A DNA stretch of 64,000 bases from Vicugna vicugna (Eukaryota). Positions 1 through 12,905 of the stretch are shown piece by piece; the stretch's first letter is position 1; every line of letters starts with the position of its first letter. The stretch lies in assembly GCA_013265495.1 (NCBI GenBank), contig MU058418.1:1140917-1204916 (forward strand), read 5' to 3'. The notes under the pieces were generated by a model that worked only from the letters and a program-made list of their open reading frames with translations, was not told the origin of the DNA and made no database searches. The translations under genes and the position numbers were made by a program.

Positions 1-229
1 GGATTAGTGATATTGAGTATCTTTTCATTGTAAGGTTTTTGCTTTTGCCCTTTGTGAGGTTGAGGAAGTCTTTACCTAGTTTATGGGAATTTTTATCATG
101 AATGTGGGTTGAATTTTGTCAAACATTTTTTCAGTTGTTAGTATTGTGTGATTTATATATGTTGAATTTTATTTTGGCAAGGAGTTTAATAAGTTACTTG
201 CATACCAGCTGATTCATTTGAAGTATTTT

Positions 230-870
230 CTTAATTGAACATTTTATTGAGATAATTATAGATTCACATGCAATTGTAAGAAGTAATACAGAGAGATTTG
301 TGGTCATTTTACTCATGTCTGCCATAAGGCATTTTGCGAAATTATGGTCAACCAGGATATTGTCATTGGTACAATTCACTGATCCTATTCGGATATCTCC
401 AGTTTTACTTGTACAGTCATACCTCGGTATCCGTGGGGGATTAGTTCCCGGAGTCTCCCAGGATACCAAAATCTGGTGATACTCAAGTCTTTTATATAAA
501 ATGGCATAGTACAATGAATACAATCGGCCCTCTGTATCCATAAGTTTCACATTGGCTGTGCTGTACTCTTTTATGTGTATTTAGTTCTATGTAATTTATC
601 ACCTACGTAGGTCCATCTGTCCACCACCACAGTCAAGATAATGAACAATTCTGTCATCACAAGAATCCCTTGTGTTGCCTATAATTTTATAACCATACCT
701 ACTCACTCTTCATTTTTACATCCTGGCAACCACTAATGTGTTCTCCATTTCTAAAATCCTGTCATTTCAAAAATGTTATATAATTTGAAAAGTACATACC
801 TTTTTAAGACTGGCTTTTTCTCTGCTCAGCATAATTCATTGGAGAGTCATTCAAGTTGTTGTATGTAGAG
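230..870 (-). mobile_element. Old L1 3'UTR fragment (L1MB/L1MC-like), interrupted by a MER2-like element
   Basis: Resembles an antisense L1M 3' end (ttttattgagataattatagattcacatgc...cctggcaaccactaat). Confidence 0.6.
414..563. mobile_element. MER2-like (TcMar-Tigger) non-autonomous DNA transposon
   Basis: Begins cagtcatacctcggtatccgtgggggattagttcc, ends ctg, and is flanked by TA (412-413, 564-565). Confidence 0.75.
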
Positions 871-1642
871 TATCTCTGGAAATTGTTCATCTTACAGCTT
901 CCTGGTGCCTATTCTTTGCCTAACATCATGGAGTATCACCCTACACATGAGCAGCTAATATTCAGCAAAGACTCAAGAGTGCCCTTTCATCATGTGGCTT
1001 CCACCTCTCTGGCACTTTGCCTTGCAAATTTTACCTGCGTTTTGGACTCGTATAATTCTGATCTCTCTTAACCCAACTCAATCAGACCTGGGTGTTTTAC
1101 TTGGTTTCACCTATTCTGTGCAGCAATCTGGAAGGTGCCTCCAAGCCAAAAGCTGGAGTGATATAGGGCTACTCTCGCCTTTTCCTTTATCTTGGGGATC
1201 AGAGCCTTGTTTTTTTTTTCCCCCCAGAGTCTAAAACATCAGTTTCATATATTTTATCCAGTTTTGTAGATGTTTATGTTGGGAAGGCAAGTCCAGACCT
1301 AGTTACTCTCCCATGGTCTCTCAAAAGTTTCCATTTTCCCATGTATTTCTAAACCTTTCTTCCTCCAAGGTTATACAAATGTTGACACATATTGTCTTCT
1401 AGATCTTTCATATTTTTTATCATCTTGGATTCATCTGGAATTAATGTTGGTGTGAAATGTGAGGTAGGGATATAGTTTTATTTCTTTTGCAAATGGTAAT
1501 TTGTCTTTAGCAATTATTTTTCACATATACTGTTATTATATATACTTATGTCTACTCAATTGGTTTAGTTGATTTTTAAAAAATCAACTGAAATTTAATA
1601 ATACATTTTTATAGGGATGTTATAAATTTTATTAGAATTTCA

Positions 1643-3880
1643 ATTTTTTAAAATTGAAGTATAGTTGATTTACAATATTATGTTAGTTTCAGGTGTACAG
1701 CATAGCGATTCAGTATTTTTGCATGCTGTATTCTATTATAGGTTATTAAATGATAATCAGTATAATTCCCTGTGGTATACAGTAAATCCTTGTTCTTTAT
1801 CTGTTTTATATATGGTAGTTTGTATCTGTTAATCCCATACCCCAAATTTGTGCCTCCCCTTTTCTCTGTCACCTTTGGTAACTACAAGTTTGTTTTCTTT
1901 ATCTGTGAGTCTGTTTCTGTTTTGTATATGCATTCATTTGTGTTGTTTTTTAGGCTCCACATGTAAGTGGTATCACACATTATCTTTCCTCTGTGTGACT
2001 TATTTCACTAAGCATCCATGTTGCTGCAAATGGCAATATTTCATTCTTTTTTATGGCTGAGTAATATTCCATTGTATAGGTAGACCACATCTTCTTAATC
2101 CAGTCTTCTGCTGATGGGCACTTATGTTGTTTCCATGTCTTGGCTATTGTGAATAGTGCTGCTATGAACTTTGGGATGCGTGTATCTTTTCAAATTGGCA
2201 TTTTCATTCTTTCTGGATGTATATCCAGGAGTGGAATTGCTGGATCATATGGTAGTTCTACTTTTAGTTTTTAAAGGAATTTCCATACTGTTTTCCATAG
2301 TGGCTGCACCAATTTACATTTCCACCAACAATGTACGAGGGTTCCCTTTTCTCCACATCCTCTCCACCATTTGTTATGTGTAGACTTTTTGGTAATGGCC
2401 ATACTTTGACAGATGTGAAGTGATACCTCATTGTGGTTTTGATTTGCATTTCTCTAATAATTAGCGATATTGAACACCTTTTCATGTGCCTGTTAGCCAT
2501 CTGTATGTCTCCTTTGGAAAAATGACTATTCAAGCCTTCTGCCCATTTTTTGATTGGGTGGTTTTTTTTTTTTTGATATTGAGTTGTATAAGCTGTTTGT
2601 AGATTTTGGATATTAACCCTTTGTTGGTCACATCATTTGCAAATATTTTCTTCCATTCCATAAGTTGTCTTTTCCTTTTGTTTATGGTTTCCTTTGCTGT
2701 GCAAAAGCTTTTAAGTTTAATTAGGTCCCATTTTTAAATTTTTGCTTTTATTTCTTTGCCATAGGAGACTGATCCAAGAAAATATTGCTATGCTTTATGT
2801 CAAAGAGTGTTCTATGTTTTCTTCTAAGAGTTTTATGGTTTCTGGTCTTACATTCAGACCTTTAAACCATTTTGAGTTTATATTTGTGTATGGTGTTAGG
2901 TAATATTCAATTTCATTCTTTTACATGTAGCTGTTCAGTTTTTGTAGCACCACTGGTTGAAGAGACTGTCTTTTCTCCATTGTTTATTTTTGCCTCCTTT
3001 GTTATAGATTGATGATAGGTGTGTGGGTTTACTTCTGGGCTCACTAAAAATAGGCACATTGATCTGTGTCTATTTTTTATGCCAATACCATGCTGTTTTG
3101 ATTATTGTTGCTTTGTAGTATAGTTTGAAGTCTGGGAGGGTTATTCCTCAAGCTTCATTCTTTTTCTTCAGTAATGCATTGGCAATTTGAGGTCTTTTGT
3201 GGTTCCATATAAATTTTAAGATTTTTGTTCTAGTTCTGTGAAAAATGTCCTAGGTATTTTGATAGCAATTGTATTAAATCTGTAGATTTCTTTGGGTAAT
3301 ATGACTATTTTAATAATATTAATTTCTTCAATCCAAGAGACAGGCTATCTTTCCATTTCTTTGAATCATCTTTAGTTTCCTTCATCAGTGTTTTATAGTT
3401 TTCAGTGTATATGTCTTTCTCCTCCTTAGTTAAGTTTATTCCTAGGTATTGTTTTTTTTTAATGTCACTTTAAGCAGGAATTTTTTTTTTTTTACTTTTT
3501 CTTTCTGGTATTTCATTATTAGTACATAGAAATGCAAAAATTTCTGTATTTTGTATCTTGTATACTGCAACCTTGTTGAATTCATGTTTTTACTTCTAAT
3601 AGATTTGGGGTGGAGGTTTTAGGTTTTAAGTTTCTCTGTATAGAATATCATGTCATCTACAAATAGTGACAGTTTTACCTCTTCCCTTCCAATCTGGATA
3701 TCTTTGTTTTTCTTGTCTGATTGCTGTGGCTGGGACTTCTAATACTATGTTAAATAGAAGAGGCAATAGTGAGTGTCCTCGTCTTGTTCCTGAATTTAGT
3801 GGGAAGACTTTCAGCTGTTCACCATTGAGTATTATGTTTGCTATGGGTTTGTTGTAAATAGCTTTTATTATGTTGAGATG
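1643..3880 (-). mobile_element. 5'-truncated L1 (ORF2 3' part plus 3'UTR), antisense to AFG1L
   Basis: Minus-strand ORFs 3653-3886 ([21 protein letters not shown]) and 2264-2533 are L1 ORF2-derived. Candidate TSD atacatttttat at 1601-1612 and 3881-3892. Confidence 0.92.
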
Positions 3881-6664
3881 ATACATTTTTATTATGTAGT
3901 GTCTCTCCCTTTCCTCCTTGCTTCTCCCAATGTTTTTTACTTGCTACTTATTTTTTTGGGGTGGAGGGAATATTTTTGACATTTCTTTTGGTATTATCTA
4001 CTCACATAATATTTTTTCAGGTTAATTTTTTAAAGAGTGGTTGTTTATTTTATTTTACTCAAATGTTAAGTACCTTTCCTTTTTCAGGTAATTGTAGGTC
4101 CTAGATATTATGCCATACAGTACATGTTAATCCATGTCATTCATGTTACTGATGTGACTTCTACAATTCACTTAACCAGTTACACATTGATAGTCATTTA
4201 TTATTTCATTTTATTTTTTACCGGGAGCTAGACTTTCAAATTATGTTATCAACTTATTCCTAAATTAATTTTGATTGTGATTCCACTGAACTTTGAAATA
4301 ATTTAGAAAGCATAAATATCCTTACAGTATTAATTTTGGTTCTGAGTATTTTTAAACCTTTTGATAGACAATGCCAAATTGGCTTCCAGAAGTACTTATC
4401 TTCCCACATCCTTGCCAGCATAAAATGATATATCATTGGTGTTTTAATTCGTAGTCCTTTTATTTCTGGTGGAGTTAAACTTTTAAAACATATGTTTAAG
4501 GATATTTATATTTTTTGTGTCATTTGAGGGCTTATGTTCTTTGCACATTGTTCATTCTTTCCCCCCTACCCCTGTTAATTCTATATTGTTCGGTAATCTT
4601 TCAGTTGCAGTGAAAAAAAAAAAGCCAGTTGAATTAGCTAAATTCCAGGGGTGGAATTTAATGGTTGTTTTAATGGTTAAGTCAAGTAATGATCTTATTT
4701 AGTTCTGGGTAGATCTGTGAGCTTAAATAACAATTTAGGATTCTTTCTCTCCTTCCTTCTTTTTCTCTTTTCCTTCATCTTTTGCTTCTGCTTTCCTTAT
4801 TGTTGGCTTCATTCTTGGTCAGAATTTTTTGATGTTATAGGAAAAGTGGCCCCTAGGATCTTTTGGTTGCTCTCTTTAAAGGAGAAGGAGCCATTCTCAT
4901 TATCAGAATGCATATTAACTCCCCCTCGGGAATCCTGACATAATTGGGTCACATGCCCACTGCAGGACCAACCACATTGTAGAGGGTAATGGGATATTTT
5001 CATTGGCCCACCCTGTAATTGATACCCTCATAGAATCATACTCAGTAGAGAAGTTTTCAAAAAGAAGAGATTTAAGACAGAAAAGCAAAAAAAGGCGCCC
5101 ATTTTAGTTTCCAAGAGCTCTTTATATCTTAAAGATATGTAAGGTTAGACTCCCAAGTTCCATGAGGACAGGAAGTTTTGTCAGTTTTGTTCACTGGCAT
5201 ATCCTAAGCACCTAGAAAAGGGCCTTACACATGTTGGTCATTAAATAAAAATATGTTGATTAAATAAATAAGAATATTAATTTTGTTTGTGGTGATTTTG
5301 ATATTCAGAAGGCTGAATTTCATGTAGTCTATCAGTTTTTCCTTTATGATTTCTTCATTTTGCTTTTATCTTCAGAAACTTTTAAAATAGTAGTTTTGTT
5401 ATATTTTAAGCCCATTTTTCAAGATGAGTTAGCACAAATATTATGTTCAAATACATGTTCACATTTTTGGTTAGATAATTCATGACTTTTTCTGAACCTG
5501 TAAGTATACTATGCTTCATGCAGCAGAATTGGAAACTTTATTAATTTACTTCTTTGTGTAAATGTAATTATATAAAATTTGCTGCCACTCACTATATCAA
5601 GAGATTTGTACTGAATATTTTTGCAAAAAATTACTTTTCAATCTAAATGGTCTCCTCATTAAAAATCTGGCAAACTGTATTATTGTCGTATACAAAAACC
5701 TTTCTGACAATTCAAATGGCATGGGCCCAAAGTCATCTTATGGAATGGAGGGAAGCTCAACAGATTTAAGACTCAAACCTTGTTTCCTGAGCTGACTTTG
5801 ATGTTAATAATTGCAGCTCCTCAAGAGCACTGTGGTGAGGTGCTGGTGGAAGAAGCAGCTGGAATAAGAGACAGGACCAGCATCCTCTGGCCTGTCTGCC
5901 TGGGAATGCTAAGTATGAACCGAACTTGACCACTGCCGGTGTCCCCAAAGCTCTGGGCTTTCTGTGAGGAAATAGGCCTCCTGTGTGTGCCTTGTTAAAT
6001 GCCCAGGCTGTTGACTCTTCGATTACTTTTTTTTTTTGACTCTTTGATTACTAATGCAATCGTAGTGATTAAAATTTTCAGAGTGCTGAAAATTAGATAA
6101 TTTAATTATAAGGGTTAACTGTGTCTGGATTTCTGCATGTAGGCCTCATTTTGAAAGCCTATTCTCAGCTCTTTAAAATGTGTGATGATTGACAGTTCTC
6201 CAGCTCTGATCTACATCCGTTATTTATTTTCAGTATTTATGTTAGATGCTATTCTGTATTTTTTTATTTATCATTTTTGAATTTTCCCATAGTGCCTACG
6301 ACAGCTCCTCATGCTTCATAATGGCCCAATAAATATTTATTTAATTATTTTATTTATACTGGTGCCTTTTGTAAGAGAAATGGAAAAATGAATAATCTGT
6401 AATCTTGGCAGTTAATGAATATAGTTCTCTGCAGGAAATAGTCCCTGTAATGTTAAATAAATGCTGTATTTCCTCAAAACAGGATTTTAACAGAAAAGAG
6501 TATTTGTTAGTTAGCTTAACAAAAAATAAACACTCCTTTTTAAAAAAGTAACATGGCTTTAAGTTTTCCAGTAGAAAAGTGTGGTTTCATTATCCCAAAG
6601 TTAATGAACAATCATTAGAGCAATCAGTACATACTGTTTAATAATAATCCTTTTTTTTTTTTAG

Positions 6665-6766
6665 GTACAGGGAAAACAATGGTGATGGACATGTTTTATG
6701 CTTATGTGGAAATAAAGAGGAAAAAACGGGTTCATTTTCATGGTTTCATGCTAGATGTTCACGAAA
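6665..6766 (+). CDS. AFG1L: AFG1-like ATPase internal coding exon, 102 bp, 3' half of Walker A
   Basis: Poly-T/TAG acceptor and GTAAGT donor. Translates (G)TGKTMVMDMFYAYVEIKRKKRVHFHGFMLDVHE(R), recognised as AFG1L/LACE1 (GKT P-loop, RVHFH motif). Phase 1 to phase 1. Confidence 0.96.
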
Positions 6767-7686
6767 GTAAGTTAATGATCTAAAAGAAGTGATTTATAAA
6801 CACTACAAAATAATTTTCTTCATCTTATAAAGTTCTTAATCTTCCAATCTTTTTAAAAATTAGATTTTTGCTAAGAGTAAGATTTTATTTTGTTTCATTT
6901 TGTGCTGTATTAAAACAATTAGTATTGTGTCCAGAGTTGGTCCTAGAGACAAATTCAGTACTTCCAAATAAGAAAACAGAGGTAACTCTACGAAGGTCAG
7001 GCATTTTCTCTTTCTAGTAAGGGTCAGTGAGAAATGTTAAAGCCTCACTTTTTCACGAAGCTCTTCTTAATTATGTCCTTTCTTCTGTGCCACCTTGCAT
7101 GGAGCCATTCAGTTTGTCTTTGTATGTATGCTTTATTGCTTTGTCAGTGCTCCTATGTTATTTTGTGTTTGCATTATTTGTTTACCACCTTTACTGTAAA
7201 CTCTTCAAGGCAAGAAAATTGTGTTTTTCTTCAAATACTTTAAGCATTTAGTACACATATAATGAATGAAGTAGGACTGGCTAGAAAGAAGGGAATATTC
7301 TGATTAGACATGCTAGACACAGGGCAGAATCATCTCCTGTGCCCACATCCCTGAAATCCTCAGGCCTAAGATTGATTTGTCAAGCCATCTAGTCACCATC
7401 TAGTCAGCTGTCTATTACTTTGTCATCTCTGAAGTGACTGAAGAGTGGAAATGGAATGACCACAAAGTGTCCTTACACCGTGGGAGTATAATCATATGTG
7501 AACAACTTATTTTGAGGTAAAGAAAATGCAACCAACTTCAATAATCATATTTGATTGTATGTGGAATTTAAACTTCACTTTTATGTTACATTAATGTTTC
7601 ATTTAGAGATTTTAAAATGTGTTATGGTTTTCTAAAATGTACTATTAATACAATATTTGATTTGTGTTTAATTTCATCCACTTAAG

Positions 7687-7817
7687 GAATACACCGCCTT
7701 AAACAGAGTTTGCCAAGAAGGAAACCAGGATTCATGGTTAAATCATACGATCCAGTAGCTCCCATAGCTGAAGAAATCAGTGAAGAAGCTTGTCTCTTAT
7801 GTTTCGATGAATTTCAG
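7687..7817 (+). CDS. AFG1L: AFG1L internal coding exon, 131 bp, Walker B
   Basis: cttaAG acceptor and GTAGAG donor. Translates (R)IHRLKQSLPRRKPGFMVKSYDPVAPIAEEISEEACLLCFDEFQ, in frame with the previous exon. Confidence 0.96.
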
Positions 7818-7947
7818 GTAGAGATGTTATATAGATGTAAAATAGTATACTGAATGAAGTATGAAGATGTAAATTCTGTTCCTGATTTTATCATTGTTTT
7901 ATAAATTGATTTGACACATTATCTCTTATGTCTTTAATTTTATTTTC

Positions 7948-8135
7948 CAGTCTAGGCAAACCTGCTTGCACAGGATAAATCTGGCCCATCTGCTTTTGTA
8001 TGGCCAGTGAGAAAAGAAAGATTTTTGTATTTTTAAAGGTTAAAGAGAAAGAAAAGGCAACAAATACCATATGTGGCTTGCAAAGGCTAAAACATTAACC
8101 ATTTAGCCTTTTATAGGAAAGGTTTTCTTATTCCT
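7948..8135. mobile_element. MER58-like hAT-Charlie fossil
   Basis: ggcaaac...aaatctggccc...tatgtggcttgcaaaggctaaaa...ttataggaaaggtttt, similar to the copy at 42479. Confidence 0.55.
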
Positions 8136-8373
8136 ATATTCTAGTCAGTGGATTCACATTTCCTTTACACCATGATGGAGATAATATAATGATTATAAAA
8201 TAATGTCTTTAAAGATGTTTGAGGGTTTTTTAAGTGTTACTAAAGAACCAGTGATTCACACATCTCTGATGCTTCACAACTTACCTGTGATAAAGGGAGA
8301 GAATTGCTCTAGTTGAACTTTTAAAGTTTCTTCTAGTTTTAGGATTCTCTGAAATTGTGCATTTATATTGGTA

Positions 8374-8498
8374 CTCTGTCTGTCTGTCTGTCTTTCTTTT
8401 TTTTTAACATTTTTTAATTGAGTTATGGTCATTTTACAATGTGTCAAATTCCAGTGTAGAGCACAATTTTTCAGTTATACATGAACATACATATATTC
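8374..8498 (-). mobile_element. Very short 3'-end fragment of the young L1 family
   Basis: Reverse complement matches the 3' tip of the L1 at ~24808-24908. T-rich/(TCTG)n tail; TSD attggta at 8367-8373 and 8499-8505. Confidence 0.85.
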
Positions 8499-10179
8499 AT
8501 TGGTAGTATTTATTTCTTATGAGAGCAAATAGGGAATCAAGGTAAATACCATGTCTTATGCTTCTTCTGTATCCTATGTAATGCCCAGTGTTATAATAAA
8601 AATAATAGTAATAATAATGATGATGATAGAAGATACTCTAGGTTAAGAATTACTTCCTCTTTATTTGACTGCTTTTTTTGGTAGCTCTGAAATGTAATAG
8701 TTGGTTTTTCTTTAATGCTTATCATAAGTACAATTGATTATTAGAATGAAAATAGAAAAATCAACAAGTACTGAATGTAAGCTTAAAAATAGAACTTCAC
8801 ACCTAAAACTTTTGAAAAATATTTCTGGAGCTGAGTGCAGAAACTCCTGTGTCTGATTGCCTAGAATAAAAACCCAGAGCACTATTAAGAGGAGACTAAG
8901 GTAGGCCCTGGGTGAGTCGCATATCTCATTTAAGCCTCACAACATATTTGTTATGAAGTGAGGAAATTGCCCTAATTGAATTTTAAAGTTTCTTCCAGTT
9001 GTAAGATTCTCTGAAATTATACATTTAAATTGGTAGTGAGTTATTTCTTGTTCTTCTGTACCTAAAAACCTGGGTTAGTGAAAAGATGATGTGCCTTTGT
9101 TCTAAATGAGGCATGGTAGGTCTCCTCTAGCAACTCAATACATATAGCTGACAAGTCTCAGTTTATGATACAGGAGAAAGGAGACTTTTCACGAAGAATG
9201 GTGTTACAGTGAACCACCTGGGGAAGAGGAATTTTTACTTCCTGTTCAGATAGTGTGGCATTCACCATTTGTATTGTAGAACTACAAAGGTCTTCACAAG
9301 AAAGGCTTATGGAAAAGAGATGTTCCTCTGCTGCTCTAAAGAGGTATGCTAAGCACACCAATGTATTGCAGAAAGAGAAGGGCCTCATTTAGTTCTAAAA
9401 ATAGTACTGAGTTAACAGTTATGTGGCTTTCAACGACAAGTCAGTGATGAATCAGTAAAGACTATCTCTCTCGGTTTCTCATTATGATTCTCTTAACCAA
9501 AATATCTCTAAATAAAATTGAGTTGACAGTTAAATTTTTGATTAAGATATTGAAATTAAAATTGTTAGAAATATATTAATACCTAACCTTTGTAAAATAA
9601 TTTATGATTTAAAAAGTGTTTTTATATCCTTAATTCATTTAATTCTGTAAGATGGTTATTATATCTCCATAATATATATGAGGAATATAAAGGCATCAGA
9701 ATTTCCTAGGTACCATGTAAAAATCATTACCTGTAACTTAAAAAATGTAAATTTTAAAACATTCAGCGAAATGATTGGCATGTTTTTATGACATAAGGAT
9801 CATTGGCAAGATTGTTTAAGAAGGTTAGTAAAAGATAAAAATCTGGTTGTGCAAAGGAGGTCCTGAGAATATTTATGACAAATAGGGCCAAATTAGGCTT
9901 GACAGGCACAATACTGAGGGTCAATGATACTTTTTGGGTCCCATGAAAATAATTTACTTTCTTTTAAAATTTGAAGAAATAAATGAATATGTAAGTAATG
10001 AATCCAGCCTGTATCTGTCTGCCTCTGTACTATATTTGACTTATACCAACAGTTATAAAATGTAATTTTTATATATATGTATATTTATGTACATATATAT
10101 TTAAATACACTTATTTTTAATTGAGGAAAGGGCTCATGAAAGTAAAAGGGCCCATGAAAGTCATAATGCCTCCCTGATA

Positions 10180-11100
10180 GGTCCTAACAGGAACCTGTCT
10201 GGTTGCTCTGGGCACTCTCCACTGAGTTCAGATTTCAGAAGATCAAATACATGGTTGGGAAGAAGGAAACAAAAGCAACCATCTATCAGGATACTCATGT
10301 TCCAGATGAGTGAAGTCTTGCAAAAGAAATGCAGGCAACAAAAAGGATTTTTCACAGTACATATTAAAGATGTATAAGGGAGATCAAAAGGGAGGCAGGC
10401 CACTTACTTATAAAACGTTGCTTGCTAATGAAGAGAAAGTGGATGTGATGGAGCTGTCATTGCCTGCCTTATCCAGAGTTGGTTTGATGTTCATTCATCC
10501 ATTTACTCATTTATCCCAGTAGTCTTAAAGAGCCTTATTCCATACCCCAGGACCCTATCTGTCCCACAGTCAAATGGACCATGTCTAGACATCTGATCTG
10601 TGAGTAGCTTGTTTACAAGCTTGTCAACAACCTTAGCCTTGTGTGGTGTGGCCTGGGGATTGAGCCAATCATATACTCTTTATCATGTATTTGAACTTAA
10701 AGGTATGGAGAGAAGTTCCCACTTAGTAATGAGACAGGAACAGACAGACATAGGAAGTAGCTGATTCACATTAAGGGGAGGGGTACTAGGGTGCTCCCTA
10801 GGCAGCTACTGAGCTAACCCTGGAGCTACCTGTAATCCCAGGCCAATTTCCAGCTCCAGTTCCCAGGAGGTGCTCTCAGTGCCCTTCCCAAGCTAAAGTC
10901 TCAAGTATAAACCCCTTTTCTTTAGCTAAATCTTTTGTACCTGCTTCTTGCAAACAGTGTTGATGAGAATGGAACTATTCAATTCATGTTTTGCTTCTGT
11001 CTTCTGTGGCAAGAGGATTTCCCTATCATATAGAAAAGATAGCACCAACAGAAATAAATACTGTGAGGAAATGTTACCTTCCTTAATAAAAATCTGTTAC
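10180..11100 (+). mobile_element. L3/CR1 LINE ORF2 remnants split by an old LTR-like insert (~10410-10945)
   Basis: AGNKKDF (~10330-10350) and ELFNSCFASVF (~10970-11003) resemble the CR1 ORF2 motifs NKKGFF and LNAFFASVF. Confidence 0.55.
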
Positions 11101-11974
11101 CACCAATGGAAGGAGAATTATGTGATTGTTGAACCAAAGTCCAAGAAAAGCAAAGAGATGAGGTATTTACTAGAATGCTTTTGGCTGCAGATAACAGAAA
11201 ACTCAACTTAAAAGGGCTTAAACTCTAAGGTAGGAAATATTATGCTATATAGATGGTGTCATTCCTCTTGCTCAAGCCCCCGCCACCCCCCTCCCCCATT
11301 TTCTCTCTGACCTTATCTCCTATACTTTCAGATTCACTCAATGCTCCCTACTGTTTCCAATCCTATTTTCTTCATAGATTAGGGAACCATAGTAAATAGT
11401 GAGTGTTATACAAAATGCTTCTCACCAGGGCTCTGAAGGAAATATGCACAGAGACAACAAAACAAAGACTGAAAACCAAATTGATTGCTCTTATTTGACT
11501 GCAAATTTCAGTACAGCATTCTAGTATGTTAAATTTGACAACACTGGAGACCCTTTTCCCTTGAGCAAAGTTGACCTTAATGTCCTAGAATGAAAAATGT
11601 TAATAGTCTTGCTCTTTGTTTCCTTGGCATTTCCAAACTTGAACCTTGGAGCTTACTACTGCATACAAGAAAAAGCCAATATTTGCATATACCCCTTGTT
11701 GAGAAGAGCCAGGGAGCTTAAGAATATGTCAACAGTGTGTCCCTTAACAGAGATGATCACTGAGCAGAGCTTGGATTTCCTAGTTTCACTATCCTAGACT
11801 ATCTTCTACTGGTCTTGGAGAAGTTCCTCCAGCACACCAAAACTGGATTATTGAAAATCCAGATATCTGCTTGTCTCCCTTTTTCTAAAATTCAAGAGGG
11901 TAGAAAGATACCCCTGAATATTGCTGCACCAGCACTCTGACCCCTAACATCCATACAATTTAGAACAAACAAGC

Positions 11975-12285
11975 TGAGGCTCTGCACTGGGATGCTCTTT
12001 GTGCATGGATTAGCCTCCCCGACATACCAATCAGAATAACCCTCTCACTTCTTCAGATCTTTGCTCAGTTACCTCCCTAACAAGGCCTATCCCTATACCC
12101 TGTTTAAAATTGCAATTTGCCATGACCCCTACACTTCTAATGACCCTACCCTCCTTTTTTCCTAACATATATTACCCTCATAAATATTTAGTTTTGCTAA
12201 TTGATGTATCTCAAATGTCTAGAACAGTGCTTGAGAATGAATGAATGAACAATAATAGTGAATGAAGGAGTGAATGAATAAATCC
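11975..12285 (+). mobile_element. L2 3' end
   Basis: L2-like text ending in a (TGAA)n tail. Confidence 0.6.
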
Positions 12286-12729
12286 TTGTACCAAATAATA
12301 GCTATTGAAGTAGCCCCAAACTAAGTCCCATTTCCCTGTGTGTAATACAACCTATGTTTTTCCCATCAACATTCTGAGTTATCTTAACATTTTTGTCTAA
12401 CTTAATAGATGAAAAATGGTATCTATTGTTTTAATATATATTCCTTTAAGTAGTAATATGGTTTAATTATTTCCATGTATGTTTACTTACTGTTAAAATC
12501 CATCTTTTATGAGCTGTTTGAGTCAATGCCCATTTATTTGTTGGAATGCTTGTATTCTGTCTATTAGTATATTCTGTAATAATATTACCTACTATTTACT
12601 GAGTGCTATTTATGTGCCTGTGTTCTTAACTACTGTACTGTGCTATGTATCATTCCATCTACAGCTAAAATTCTGTACAGCTATACATAAGTAATGGAAT
12701 TATACTAACTACGTATATAGGTAACAGTC

Positions 12730-12905
12730 ATAATTAACATTTCTAGAGGCTTTACTACATGTATCATAACAATTTTGTAAGGTAGATATTATTACTGCCT
12801 TCATTAGATTGATGAGGAAATTAAGGGTCCGAGAGGTTAAGTAACTTGTCCAAGGTCACCCAACTGGTAACAGTTTGAATCCATCATCAGTGCTCTTATT
12901 TGCTA
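12730..12905 (-). mobile_element. MIR SINE
   Basis: Core gatgaggaaattaagggtccgagaggttaagtaacttgtccaaggtcac. Confidence 0.75.
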
